Shown: one piece after another, positions 9,359-19,011 of the stretch
How the letters are laid out: every line of letters begins with the position of its first letter
How positions within the stretch are numbered: position 1 is the first letter of the stretch
NCBI GenBank assembly: GCA_965223845.1
Contig: CBDCXR010000004.1
Coordinates: 3,808,001 to 3,872,000 of the forward strand
Direction of reading: 5' to 3'
Origin: Planctomycetota bacterium
GTDB lineage: Bacteria; Planctomycetota; UBA8108; SXIK01
Length of the DNA stretch: 64,000 nucleotides
The notes under the pieces: generated by a model
Told to the model about the DNA's origin: nothing
Database searches by the model: none
What the model saw: the letters and a program-made list of their open reading frames with translations, nothing else
Program-made: the position numbers and the translations under genes

Positions 9359-10372
9359 CTAGATCCCGAAGTCGTACTGATCGATGTTCTCGCGCGTGAA
9401 CCGGATCGGCTCCGAAAGGATGACCACGCGATCGTCGCGCGGACTGAAGACTAGCTCGCCGTGACCGGGAACGCTTACGCCGGGCGCCACCGGCTCGCCG
9501 CCGACGAGCCGCGCCGCGAGCCGGACCGTGAGCGAGCCGAGAGCGCGCGGGTCCCAGAGGTAAAAGCTCTCGAGGACGCCCTCCTTCACGTAGGAGCGCA
9601 TCTTGTTCGGCGTCGAATTGCCCACGAGAGCTACCGCCCCAGCGCGCCCCGTACGCTTCAAGGCCTCCGCCGCACCCGGCACGGAGTTCGAGTCGAACGC
9701 GATGATCCCGCGGAGATCGGGAACGGCGTTGAGAAGGGTCGCCACCTTCTGTCGTGCTTCGTTCTCGTTCTCGTTCGTGACGACGGTCTCCGCGAGAACG
9801 AGCTCGGGGTAACGCTCCGCAGCCCGCGCCTCCGCGATGCGACGCCACGTGTTCAGGTTCGCTGCGTCGAGGCTGCCGATGACGACGGCCCACTTACCCT
9901 TCTCGCCCATCTGGCGCGCCAGATCGTCGATGAGGCGCTCGCCGAGAACTTGGTCGTCGATCTGATTCACCATGATCTCGCGCGTGCTCTCGGCGGCGTC
10001 CGTGTCCCACGTGAGAACCTTGATCCCGGCGGCCTGAGCTTTCGAGATGAACTTCGCCATCGATTTCGGCTGATTCGGAGCGACGCAGATCGCATCGACC
10101 CGCTGACGGATCCAGGTGTCGACAAAGCGCGTTTGCTCCGCGGCGCTCGCCGTCGTCGGACCGTCGTAGATCAACTGAACTCCGAGCTCTTCCGCCGCCT
10201 TTCGCGCCCCTCGCTCGCAGGCGTCGAAATAATCGATGTTGATGAGCTTCGGCATCATGGCGATCACGACCCGATCGCTCGACGCCCCCGAATCGCAGGC
10301 CGAAAGCACCACGCCCAAGATAGCGACGAGCACCGACCTCACACCCGCCTCCGCCCGCGTCGATCTGCGCAT
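9359..10372 (-). CDS. Sugar ABC transporter substrate-binding lipoprotein (LsrB/RhaS-like)
   Basis: Lipobox LSAC, MPKLINIDYF, VLTWDTD, FYLWDP; RBS AAGGAG. Confidence 0.88.
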   Translation of the reverse strand: MRRSTRAEAGVRSVLVAILGVVLSACDSGASSDRVVIAMMPKLINIDYFDACERGARKAAEELGVQLIYDGPTTASAAEQTRFVDTWIRQRVDAICVAPNQPKSMAKFISKAQAAGIKVLTWDTDAAESTREIMVNQIDDQVLGERLIDDLARQMGEKGKWAVVIGSLDAANLNTWRRIAEARAAERYPELVLAETVVTNENENEARQKVATLLNAVPDLRGIIAFDSNSVPGAAEALKRTGRAGAVALVGNSTPNKMRSYVKEGVLESFYLWDPRALGSLTVRLAARLVGGEPVAPGVSVPGHGELVFSPRDDRVVILSEPIRFTRENIDQYDFGI

Positions 10373-10520
10373 TCCAAACTCCTTTCGATACTCCGCATCC
10401 AGAGGTTTGGTTCCCGTACCTGTCCCCTGCTCCGATAGGCGAACGATTTCACACTCCTGGCCCTCACACCTCAAACTCTCTCTTCTGGTCTCCCGTCGGA
10501 AACGAAGCTTGCGCGGACTC

Positions 10521-11477
10521 CTAGCGTTCGCGGTGAAGCCACACTCCGCTGATCAGAAGCAGGCCGAGAAGCACAGGATCGAGGTGACTGATCTTGAACG
10601 GAAGGTTCGCGTCGCCCCAGAGCGCCGCACTGCGAAGGCCCTCCTCGAGTGCCGCGATCACCAAAACTCCGAGAATCGAACCGCGGAGGGAGCCGAAGCC
10701 GCCGTCGACCCTCGTGCCTCCGAGGACGACGGCGACGATGACGCGGAGCTCGAGCCCCCCGAGCGCACTCGCACTCACCGAGCTGTTTCTCGCCGTGAAC
10801 GCAATCGCGGCAAAGAAGGCGAGACCACCCATGAGGGCGTAGGTTTCGACGAGCCTTCGCTCGACGCGAATCCCGGCGTAGCGCGCGGCGACACGGTTCC
10901 CTCCGATGACGAGGAGCTCTCGCTGCCATCGCGCCGCGCGGAGCCAAGCCCCGCCGCCGAGAAAGAGGACGAGCGTGAACACGCCGACGAATCCGAGCTC
11001 ACCGAGTGCCCCGTATCCCGGGACCGAGACGAACGGAGCCCGCTCGGCGTCACCGAGAAGCACGAAGCACAGTCCACGGAAGAGAATCATCGTTCCGAGG
11101 GTCGCGATCAGCGGCGGCATGTGGAGCCGGGCGACGAGCACTCCGTTCGCCAGGCCCGCGGTGAACCCGACGGCAAGCCCGAGCGGAAGCGCGGTCATCC
11201 AGAACCCCATCCCACCGTCGATGCAGGCCATCGCTGCGGCGACGAGCGCCACCATCGAACCGACGGAGAGGTCGATGCCACCGGTCTCGAGGACGAGCGT
11301 CATTCCGAACGCGAGGAAGAGGAGCGGCGCCGATTGGACGATGAGATCCGACGAGTACGAAGCGAGGTAGCTCGCGACATCGCCGACGGATGCGAAACGA
11401 GCGCCGCTGATGGCCGTAAAGAGCACAACCTCGAGAACGAGCACTCCGGCGAGAATCCAGTGGCGCTTCGCGCTCAT
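10521..11477 (-). CDS. Sugar ABC transporter permease (RbsC family)
   Basis: GMTLVLETGGIDLSVGS, PPLIATLGTMILFRG, ELRVIVAVVLGGT. Confidence 0.9.
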   Translation of the reverse strand: MSAKRHWILAGVLVLEVVLFTAISGARFASVGDVASYLASYSSDLIVQSAPLLFLAFGMTLVLETGGIDLSVGSMVALVAAAMACIDGGMGFWMTALPLGLAVGFTAGLANGVLVARLHMPPLIATLGTMILFRGLCFVLLGDAERAPFVSVPGYGALGELGFVGVFTLVLFLGGGAWLRAARWQRELLVIGGNRVAARYAGIRVERRLVETYALMGGLAFFAAIAFTARNSSVSASALGGLELRVIVAVVLGGTRVDGGFGSLRGSILGVLVIAALEEGLRSAALWGDANLPFKISHLDPVLLGLLLISGVWLHRER

Positions 11478-12457
11478 CGCAGCTCCTCTTCGAGCTTCGC
11501 GCGGCGGCCGATCAAGCAATCCGCCCCGATGACGAGCACGATCGCACCGCCGATGACGACCTCCCGCGCGTAGGGATTTACGCCGGAGTAGATCAGCGCC
11601 TGCTGCGCGAAATAGAGGAAGAACGCGCCCAGAATCGTCCCGAGATAGCTGCCCTCTCCGCCGAAGATATTCGTTCCGCCGAGAACCACCGCGCCGACGA
11701 CCGTCAATTCGAAGCCGCGCATCATGCGAGCCGGCTCGATCGCCTGGATCTGAGTGACGGCGACGAGCGCCGCGGCACCGAGGAACACGCCACCGACCGC
11801 GAACGCACTCAGAAGTATGCGGCCGGAATCGAGGCCTTGGAGTCGGCACGCCGCGGGCGAGTTGCCGCGCGCGAGCCAGCGGCGCGGAGTCTCCGCACTC
11901 GCCTCCCACACGATCGCCACCACCACCGCGACGAGCGCGATCGAGCCGGCGTAAAACTTTCCCGGGAGATGGAACGCGTCGTCGGGAACGGACACGTTGC
12001 CGCTGAACCCGTCGATCGTGAGGTCGGCGACGATGAGAGCGAGGCCACGGTAGAGCGGGAGCGCGCCGAGGGTCACGATGATCGCGGGAATCCCCAGCGC
12101 GCGGACGAGCGCACCGTTGACGAACGAAAGTCCGCCGGCGGTGAGGAAGAGAACGGCGTAGCACGTCGCGGGCGACGCTCCGAGGTGGACGCAGACGCCG
12201 AAGAGCGTTCCGGCGAACGCGATCACGCTTCCGACCGAGAGATCGATCGCACCGGAGCAGACGATCCCGGTCATCCCGAGTGACGCGAGCAGGACCGGCG
12301 CGCAATCCGGTCCGGCTTGCGCAAGGACGGCTCGAAACGAAGCCCCCTCTCGAAGCTGCGCCGCGATCCAGACGAGGAGGAGCGCGTTTCCGCCGAGGAG
12401 AACCCACACCCGCAAGCGAAGCGGTGCGGAGAGTCGAGACCACAACTCTTTCGTCAT
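11474..12457 (-). CDS. Sugar ABC transporter permease (RbsC family)
   Basis: GAIDLSVGS, PAIIVTLG, FELTVVGAVVLGGTNIFGG; 4-bp overlaps with both neighbours. Confidence 0.9.
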   Translation of the reverse strand: MTKELWSRLSAPLRLRVWVLLGGNALLLVWIAAQLREGASFRAVLAQAGPDCAPVLLASLGMTGIVCSGAIDLSVGSVIAFAGTLFGVCVHLGASPATCYAVLFLTAGGLSFVNGALVRALGIPAIIVTLGALPLYRGLALIVADLTIDGFSGNVSVPDDAFHLPGKFYAGSIALVAVVVAIVWEASAETPRRWLARGNSPAACRLQGLDSGRILLSAFAVGGVFLGAAALVAVTQIQAIEPARMMRGFELTVVGAVVLGGTNIFGGEGSYLGTILGAFFLYFAQQALIYSGVNPYAREVVIGGAIVLVIGADCLIGRRAKLEEELR

Positions 12458-13974
12458 CGCTCGTCGTCCTCGTCGCCGGCCCCGATCGCAGCCAGCAGCG
12501 CGTCCGCCGGAGTCCGCCGCGCTCCCGTGAGCTCGTCGACGATGCGTCCCTCCCGCACGACGAGGACTCGATCGCCGAGAGCGACGACCTCCGGCAAGTC
12601 GCTCGACACGACGAGCACCGCGACCCCGCGCGCCGCGAGGTCGCGCACCATCGCGTGGATCTCCGCCTTCGCTCCGACGTCGACGCCTCGCGTCGGCTCG
12701 TCGAGGATGAGGACGCTCGGCTCGCGCTCGAGCGCGCGCGCGAGTACTGCCTTCTGCTGGTTTCCCCCGCTGAGCGTGGCGATCGGCTGAGTCACGTCCG
12801 CCGTGACGATGCGGTAGTCGCGGACGAGTCGACTCACCGTTTCCGCGACGCGACGCGGCGGCGCAACCCCCCAGCGCGTGATGAGATCGCTAAACCCCAC
12901 GCTCAGGTTGTCCGCGAGCGAATGATCGAGGACGAGCGCCTGACCCGCCCGCTCCTCGGGTACGAGCACCACCCCGCGAGCGAGGGCATCGTAGGCGCTC
13001 TTCGGCGACCAGGCTTTGCCGTGAAGACTCAGTGCTCCGGCACGGAGAGGCACGAGACCGAAGAGAGCGCGCGCGATCTCCGATCGACCGGCGCCGACGA
13101 GACCCGCGAGCGCGACGATCTCACCGCGGTGAAGTGAGAACGAAATGTCCTCGAACTCTCCGGAGCGAGAGATCCCGCTTACCTCGAGGACGGGCGGCCC
13201 CGGCTCCGATCGCGGACGAGGGGTTTTCTCCGCGAGCGTACGTCCGACCATCGCCCGCACGATGGTCGAGGCATCCACTTCCCGTGCAACATGCACCGCG
13301 ACGAGCGCGCCGTCGCGAAGAACGGCGATGCGATCGGCGATCGCGAGAACTTCCTCGAGGCGGTGCGAGACGTAGAGAGCCGAACGACCGCTCGCGCGGA
13401 TGCGCCGGAGCTGGTCGAAAAGACGATCGACATCGGGGCCGCTCAGACTCGCGGTCGGCTCGTCGAGAACGAGCAAGCGGGCGTCTCGTGCGACTTCCCT
13501 CGCGATCGCTACCTCCTGCTTCTCCGCCGCGCTCAGCCGGCCGAACGCCGTTCGCGGCTCGACGGCGACGCCCGATCGCGTCAGGCGGGCGAGAGCGAGC
13601 GCGTGGAGAGCCTCCCAGTCGACGGCGCCCCACTTCCGCCGCGGCCACGGCTCGCCGAGGAGCAGATTCTCGCTGACGCTCAGCCGATCGAAGTACGTGA
13701 GCTCCTGGTGGATCGTCGCGATCCCGGCCGCGTGCGCGGCGCGGGGATCAGCGAAGTCGACGCGGGCGCCGGCGAGCGTGATCTCTCCGGCGTCGGGAGC
13801 GTGAACGCCGCTCAGGATCTTGATCAGCGTCGATTTTCCCGCGCCGTTCTCACCGACGAGCGCGAGGACTTCGGCGCGGTGGACATCGAGGTCGATCGGA
13901 TGCAGCGCCGGAACGCCGGAGTACGACTTCTCCACTCCTCGAAGCGAACACAGCGGGCCGTCGCTCAAAGACAT
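12454..13974 (-). CDS. Sugar ABC transporter ATP-binding protein (RbsA type, two domains)
   Basis: GENGAGKST, LVLDEPTASL, LSGGNQQK, DEPTRGVDVGAK. Confidence 0.94.
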   Translation of the reverse strand: MSLSDGPLCSLRGVEKSYSGVPALHPIDLDVHRAEVLALVGENGAGKSTLIKILSGVHAPDAGEITLAGARVDFADPRAAHAAGIATIHQELTYFDRLSVSENLLLGEPWPRRKWGAVDWEALHALALARLTRSGVAVEPRTAFGRLSAAEKQEVAIAREVARDARLLVLDEPTASLSGPDVDRLFDQLRRIRASGRSALYVSHRLEEVLAIADRIAVLRDGALVAVHVAREVDASTIVRAMVGRTLAEKTPRPRSEPGPPVLEVSGISRSGEFEDISFSLHRGEIVALAGLVGAGRSEIARALFGLVPLRAGALSLHGKAWSPKSAYDALARGVVLVPEERAGQALVLDHSLADNLSVGFSDLITRWGVAPPRRVAETVSRLVRDYRIVTADVTQPIATLSGGNQQKAVLARALEREPSVLILDEPTRGVDVGAKAEIHAMVRDLAARGVAVLVVSSDLPEVVALGDRVLVVREGRIVDELTGARRTPADALLAAIGAGDEDDER

Positions 13975-14939
13975 CGCCAGAGCATGAACGCGCAGTAGCC
14001 GACGAGGAGCACGCCGCCCTCGGGACGACTGATCCGCCGCGGTCCGACGACCGAGAAGCAGAGGACGAGCACCGAGAAGAGAGACGCGGCCGCGAAGTCC
14101 CACACCCCACCGGCCGGAACCTGCACGGAGCCGATGGACGCCGTCACGCCGAGCACGAAGAGAAGATTGAAAATATTCGATCCGACGACGTTCCCGACCG
14201 CGATATCGGTCTCGCCGCGTCGGGCAGCGACGATGGTGGCGACGAGCTCCGGGAGGCTCGTACCGAAGGCGACGAGCGTGAGTCCGATGATCGCTTCGGG
14301 AACGTCGAGCGCCCGTGCGATGGAAGCGGCGGAATCGACGGTCAGCGTGGCGCCGCCGGCGAGACCAAAGGCTCCACCGACGACGAGGAAGAGATTCTTG
14401 ACGAGCGATCGCGGCTCGACCGACGCGGTGCTGCGCTCGACGTCGTCGCGAAACCCACCCGCTGCCCGCTGACTGAGTGCGTCCCGCGCGGCGTTGTAGA
14501 GGAAGATGCAGAAGAGGAGAAGAAGAAGGACGCCGTCGGTGCGATCGAACTCGGAGACCTGACCGCGGAGGATCGTGTCGAGCGCCATCACGAACGCCGC
14601 CGCCGTGGCGAGGAGCATCGTCGGGATTTCCCGCGGTACGACCGAACCGGTGACCATGAGCGGACGGACGAGCGCTCCGCACGCGAGCACGAGACCGACG
14701 TTCGCGATGTTGGAGCCGACGACATTCCCAAACGGAAGCTCGGCTCGCCCCTGGAGAATGGCGCTCACGTTGACGGCGAGTTCGGGCGCGCTGGTCCCGA
14801 AGGAAACGACGGTGAGGCCGACGACGAGTGGGGAGACTCCGAAGGATCGTGCGATTCCCGCCGCACCGCGAACGAGCCACTCTCCGCCGATGACCAGCAC
14901 GACCAGTCCGGTCACCAACCATAGGAAGTCGTAAACCAA
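13965..14939 (-). CDS. Calcium/sodium antiporter (YrbG/CaCA family)
   Basis: Alpha repeats GTSAPE...GNVVGSN and GTSLPE...GNVVGSN; TTG start with GGGAG RBS. Confidence 0.92.
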   Translation of the reverse strand: MVYDFLWLVTGLVVLVIGGEWLVRGAAGIARSFGVSPLVVGLTVVSFGTSAPELAVNVSAILQGRAELPFGNVVGSNIANVGLVLACGALVRPLMVTGSVVPREIPTMLLATAAAFVMALDTILRGQVSEFDRTDGVLLLLLFCIFLYNAARDALSQRAAGGFRDDVERSTASVEPRSLVKNLFLVVGGAFGLAGGATLTVDSAASIARALDVPEAIIGLTLVAFGTSLPELVATIVAARRGETDIAVGNVVGSNIFNLLFVLGVTASIGSVQVPAGGVWDFAAASLFSVLVLCFSVVGPRRISRPEGGVLLVGYCAFMLWRCL

Positions 14940-14983
14940 CGATGAACTCCCGCCTTCGGTCGAGCGCGACAAGTGACCGAGAG

Positions 14984-15114
14984 AGCCTACCGGAGGGGCG
15001 TTCGAGGATTCAAGCCCGGCGCACGAGTCAGGACGAGCGGGGCCGGTTTGCGTTTCGATGCGATTCGCGATGCGCGGCGCGTTCGTTGGCGGCGGACGAC
15101 GCATCCCGTATTCT
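14984..15114. promoter_or_regulatory. Divergent sigma70-like promoter pair
   Basis: Minus: TTGAAT-N18-TAGGCT (15013-14984). Plus: TTGGCG-N17-TATTCT (15086-15114). Confidence 0.45.
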
Positions 15115-15159
15115 GGTCGTTCCTCGTCAGACCCCATGCGATCCGAACTGGAGACCACG

Positions 15160-16395
15160 ATGAAGCCGCGCGTCGCCGTAGTGGCCTGCCTCGATACGAA
15201 AGGGCGCGAAACGGGCTTTCTCGCGGATCGACTGCGCGCCGAGGGCTGCGACGTTCACGTCGTCGACGTCGGGATTCAGGGAGAGCCGGCGTTCCCCGCG
15301 GAGACGACGCGGGAGCAAGTCGCGACCGCCGGTGGCACGACTCTGGGCGAGCTCCGCGCGCGCGGCGACCGCGGTCACGCGGTCGCGCACATGGCTCGCG
15401 GAGCAGCGGAAGTGGTCCGCGAGCTGTACGCGGACGGACGGATCGACGGCATCATCGGTGCGGGTGGGTCCGCCAACACGACGATCGCCACGCGCGCGAT
15501 GCAGACGCTTCCCGTCGGCGTTCCGAAACTCATGGTGTCGACTCTGGCCTCCGGCGACGTCTCGCCGTACGTCGACACGAAGGACATCACGATGATGTAC
15601 TCGGTTGTCGACATCGCCGGAATCAATCGCATCTCCCGGCGGATCCTCGACAACGCTGCACGCGCCATCGCGGCGATGACTCGCGCGGCGTCCGCGCCGG
15701 AGCCGGAGGAAACAGACCGTCCGCTCATCGCCGCGACGATGTTCGGCGTCACGACTCCGTGCGTCACCGCGGCGAAAGAGCACCTCGAAGCGCGCGGGTA
15801 TGAAGTCTTAGTGTTCCACGCGACCGGAAGCGGCGGACGGGCGATGGAAGGACTGATCGCCGACGGATTCATCCGCGGTGTACTCGACATCACGACCACC
15901 GAGCTCGCCGACGAGCTCGTCGGCGGAATCCTGAGCGCGGGTCCCGACCGCCTCACGGCGGCCGCGCGGCACGGCGTTCCGCAGATCGTCTCCATCGGAG
16001 CGGTCGACATGTGCAACTTCGGCCCGCGAGACAGCGTGCCGAACGAGTTTGCCGCGCGAACGTTTTACGAGCACAATCCGACGGTGACGCTGATGCGCAC
16101 CACCGCCGAGGAAAACGCGGAGATCGGACGACGCATCGCCGCGCGCGTCGGACGCTCGCGCGGTTCCTGCCGCGTCGTCGTGCCGCGACGAGGTGTTTCC
16201 GCAATCTCGACGGCGGGGCAGCCGTTTCACGATCCACACGCGGACGCGGCGTGCATCGACGCCTTGAGGCGCGAGCTCCCGGACGGCATCCCCTGCGTCG
16301 AGCTGGACGAGGACATCAATGCACCCGCATTCGCGCTCGCGTGCGCTGACGCACTCCTCGAGCTGCTCGACGAAACGCACGAACGACCCTCGTGA
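15160..16395 (+). CDS. UPF0261 / Tm-1-like ATP-binding domain protein
   Basis: LDTKG.E, LPVGVPKLMVST, MMYSVVDIAGIN, ATMFGVTTPCV, FHATGSGGRAME, HNPTVTLMRT. Confidence 0.9.
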   Translation: MKPRVAVVACLDTKGRETGFLADRLRAEGCDVHVVDVGIQGEPAFPAETTREQVATAGGTTLGELRARGDRGHAVAHMARGAAEVVRELYADGRIDGIIGAGGSANTTIATRAMQTLPVGVPKLMVSTLASGDVSPYVDTKDITMMYSVVDIAGINRISRRILDNAARAIAAMTRAASAPEPEETDRPLIAATMFGVTTPCVTAAKEHLEARGYEVLVFHATGSGGRAMEGLIADGFIRGVLDITTTELADELVGGILSAGPDRLTAAARHGVPQIVSIGAVDMCNFGPRDSVPNEFAARTFYEHNPTVTLMRTTAEENAEIGRRIAARVGRSRGSCRVVVPRRGVSAISTAGQPFHDPHADAACIDALRRELPDGIPCVELDEDINAPAFALACADALLELLDETHERPS

Positions 16396-16447
16396 CGTCG
16401 AGCGAGCCATCGCATTCGAGTATCGGCAACCCATCTGAGGAAATCCC

Positions 16448-17278
16448 ATGGCGATTCCGCGTTCCGAAATCCTCCGGCGACTCCGCGATCAGATCGACCG
16501 TCGGCGACCGATCATCGGCGCCGGAGCGGGGACGGGAATCACCGCGAAGTTCGCCGAGAAGGGCGGCGTCGATCTCATCATCATCTACAATTCGGGGCGA
16601 TACCGGATGGCCGGGCGCGGCTCGCTCGCCGGCCTTCTTCCCTACGGCGACGCGAACGCGATCGTCGTCGACATGGCGCGCGAGGTCCTTCCCGTCGTCG
16701 ACGACGTTCCCGTGCTCGCCGGCGTCTGCGGGACGGATCCCTTTCGTGTCATGGACGTCTTTCTGCCGGAGCTCCAGCGCATCGGATTCTCCGGCGTGCA
16801 GAACTTTCCCACGGTCGGACTCTACGACGGCAATCTACGCACGAATCTCGAAGAGACGGGGATGGGATACCGACTCGAGGTCGAGCTCGTCCGGAAGGCG
16901 CGCGCCCTCGATCTCTTCACCGCTCCGTACGTATTCTCTCCCGAAGATGCGGTCGCGATGGCCGACGCCGGCGCGGACGTCCTCGTCCCTCACATGGGCC
17001 TCACGACGAAAGGGGCGATCGGAGCGCAGAGCGCTCGCTCTCTCGAGGAGTGTCCGGCCGTCATTCAAGAGATGGCAGACGCCGCCAAAGCAGTACGAGA
17101 CGACGTCATCATCCTCTGCCACGGGGGACCGATCAGCGAGCCGGCCGACGCGGAGTTCATACTCAAAAGGACGCGAGGCGTGGACGGGTTCTTCGGCGCC
17201 TCGTCGATCGAGCGGCTCGCGACGGAGCCCGCGATCACACGGCAGACGGAAGCGTTCAAGTCGATCGCGATCGATTGA
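16448..17278 (+). CDS. TIM-barrel phosphoenolpyruvate-hydrolase-like protein (Tm-1 C-terminal family)
   Basis: [64 protein letters not shown]. Confidence 0.9.
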   Translation: MAIPRSEILRRLRDQIDRRRPIIGAGAGTGITAKFAEKGGVDLIIIYNSGRYRMAGRGSLAGLLPYGDANAIVVDMAREVLPVVDDVPVLAGVCGTDPFRVMDVFLPELQRIGFSGVQNFPTVGLYDGNLRTNLEETGMGYRLEVELVRKARALDLFTAPYVFSPEDAVAMADAGADVLVPHMGLTTKGAIGAQSARSLEECPAVIQEMADAAKAVRDDVIILCHGGPISEPADAEFILKRTRGVDGFFGASSIERLATEPAITRQTEAFKSIAID

Positions 17279-17292
17279 TCCACGAGCAGCGC

Positions 17293-19011
17293 TCAATCGA
17301 TCCCGAGCTCGATCTGAAGCCGCTCGAGGAGGACGCGCTCGTACTCCGTCATGCTCGTCGCATCTGAACTCGCCGCTCTCGCCGCCTCGAGCGCTTCGTC
17401 GATGTTCCGAAGCTGTTGGTGAGCGATCGCGAGATAGAGGAGGTTCGCACCGGCGGGAAAGAGCTCGGCGGCGCGCGTGAGATTTGCGATCGCCTCTTCC
17501 TCGTCCGCACCGAGGCGGAACTGAATCCAACCGAGGGTGTTGAGGACGATGCCTTCGAGTTCGGCGGGATCGATGGATCCACCGAAACTCTCCCAAAACT
17601 CCGGACGGCGCCCTCGAACGAGGCGCAGAGCTTCGGTCGCAATCCTCTCGGCAGTGACGAGTTCATCGTCGTCCATCGCCATGAACCAAGCGAGGTTGTT
17701 CGCGTCGTGCGCGCGAGCGAGCCACTGTGCCTGCGCCTTTTTTCCGGCCTCGTATCGGTGGCGGTAGATCTCTACGATGGTCGCGCGCACTTTGGCTGCG
17801 CGCGTCTCGAACCGAACCGCGCGAAGCATGTCGTGAAGCACGAATCCGACTTCCGCTTTTGCCGTGCTCCCGAAGGCGTCCCAGATTCTGATCGCTTGGT
17901 CGAGCATTCGTTCGACCGTGCCTTCGAGCGCCTCGACCTCTTCCGGCGCCGCGTTCTCTGCGAGCGCATCGCGCAGCTCCTTTCGGGCTCGAATGGCCCG
18001 GTAGAGGGAGTCGCGGACGAAGTATTCGACGTACTCGGGAACTTCGGTCACATCGACGAGACGCCGCACCGACTCGAGATCCGCGTCGCCCCGGTGGAGC
18101 GCGGCCCGGAGAGGACGCCACTCGCGCCAAACCGGATGATGGACGGGAAAGACGGAGTAGGTTCCGAAGAGCACAAACGCCGCCCAAACGGCGACCGTCG
18201 CCGCGGCGCGTACGGGTCGAACGCTCGGGATCGCGCGAGCGAACGCGAGGAATCCGAGGACGGATCCCGTGACGAATCCCCCGAGGTGCGCGCTCGTCGC
18301 AATCCGAACCTCATCGCCCGCGAACGAACGTATGAGTGCGCCGGTGATGAAGTGGTCGGCGATGAGAATCGTCGGGACGATCAGGAAGTACCGGCCACGA
18401 ACGCGGAGTCGACCGTTCCGGACGTATCCGAACATGGCGACGAGCAACGCGCCGACGAGACCGTAGAGCGCACCCGACGCTCCGACTCCCAACCCCGAGG
18501 AAAACGCCTGGAACGCGAATCCGCCGCCGAGGGCACTCGCGAGGTAGAGCGTGAGGAATCGCGCGCGTCCGAGCCGAGGCTCGAGACGGATTCCGAACAG
18601 GTAGACGCCGAGCATGTTGAGGGCGATGTGCCCGAAGAACCCGTGCAGAAACGTCGCGGTGAGGATCCGCCAGTATTCGCCGTCCCAAACGCTGATCTGG
18701 AACTGCGCCCCGAGCTGCTCGATCGCCGGACTGCGCGCTTGGAGCCCGTAGACGATCACGTTCGCGAGGATGATCGCCATCGTGACCGGCGCGCGGCCGC
18801 GCCGGCGAGGCCTCTGCACGTCGCGACGCGGCGACGCCTCCTCGGAGAACGTGTCGGCCGAGCCGTCCTCGCTCGTCGGCGGCGAGCGATCGGTTCCGAG
18901 CGGTCCCGACGCGCGCGGCGAATGGATCTCGTGACTCTCGCGGCCGGGAACGGGCGGCGGAGTCGACGATCCCAGATGGAACTTCTCGTCCTCTCGCTCA
19001 GGCGCGGGCAT
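17293..19011 (-). CDS. Rhomboid intramembrane serine protease with C-terminal TPR-like domain
   Basis: YWRILTATFLH..GHIALN, GASGA (Ser), SAHLGG (His); C-terminal NNLAW and LNTLGW TPR-like motifs. Confidence 0.87.
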   Translation of the reverse strand: MPAPEREDEKFHLGSSTPPPVPGRESHEIHSPRASGPLGTDRSPPTSEDGSADTFSEEASPRRDVQRPRRRGRAPVTMAIILANVIVYGLQARSPAIEQLGAQFQISVWDGEYWRILTATFLHGFFGHIALNMLGVYLFGIRLEPRLGRARFLTLYLASALGGGFAFQAFSSGLGVGASGALYGLVGALLVAMFGYVRNGRLRVRGRYFLIVPTILIADHFITGALIRSFAGDEVRIATSAHLGGFVTGSVLGFLAFARAIPSVRPVRAAATVAVWAAFVLFGTYSVFPVHHPVWREWRPLRAALHRGDADLESVRRLVDVTEVPEYVEYFVRDSLYRAIRARKELRDALAENAAPEEVEALEGTVERMLDQAIRIWDAFGSTAKAEVGFVLHDMLRAVRFETRAAKVRATIVEIYRHRYEAGKKAQAQWLARAHDANNLAWFMAMDDDELVTAERIATEALRLVRGRRPEFWESFGGSIDPAELEGIVLNTLGWIQFRLGADEEEAIANLTRAAELFPAGANLLYLAIAHQQLRNIDEALEAARAASSDATSMTEYERVLLERLQIELGID

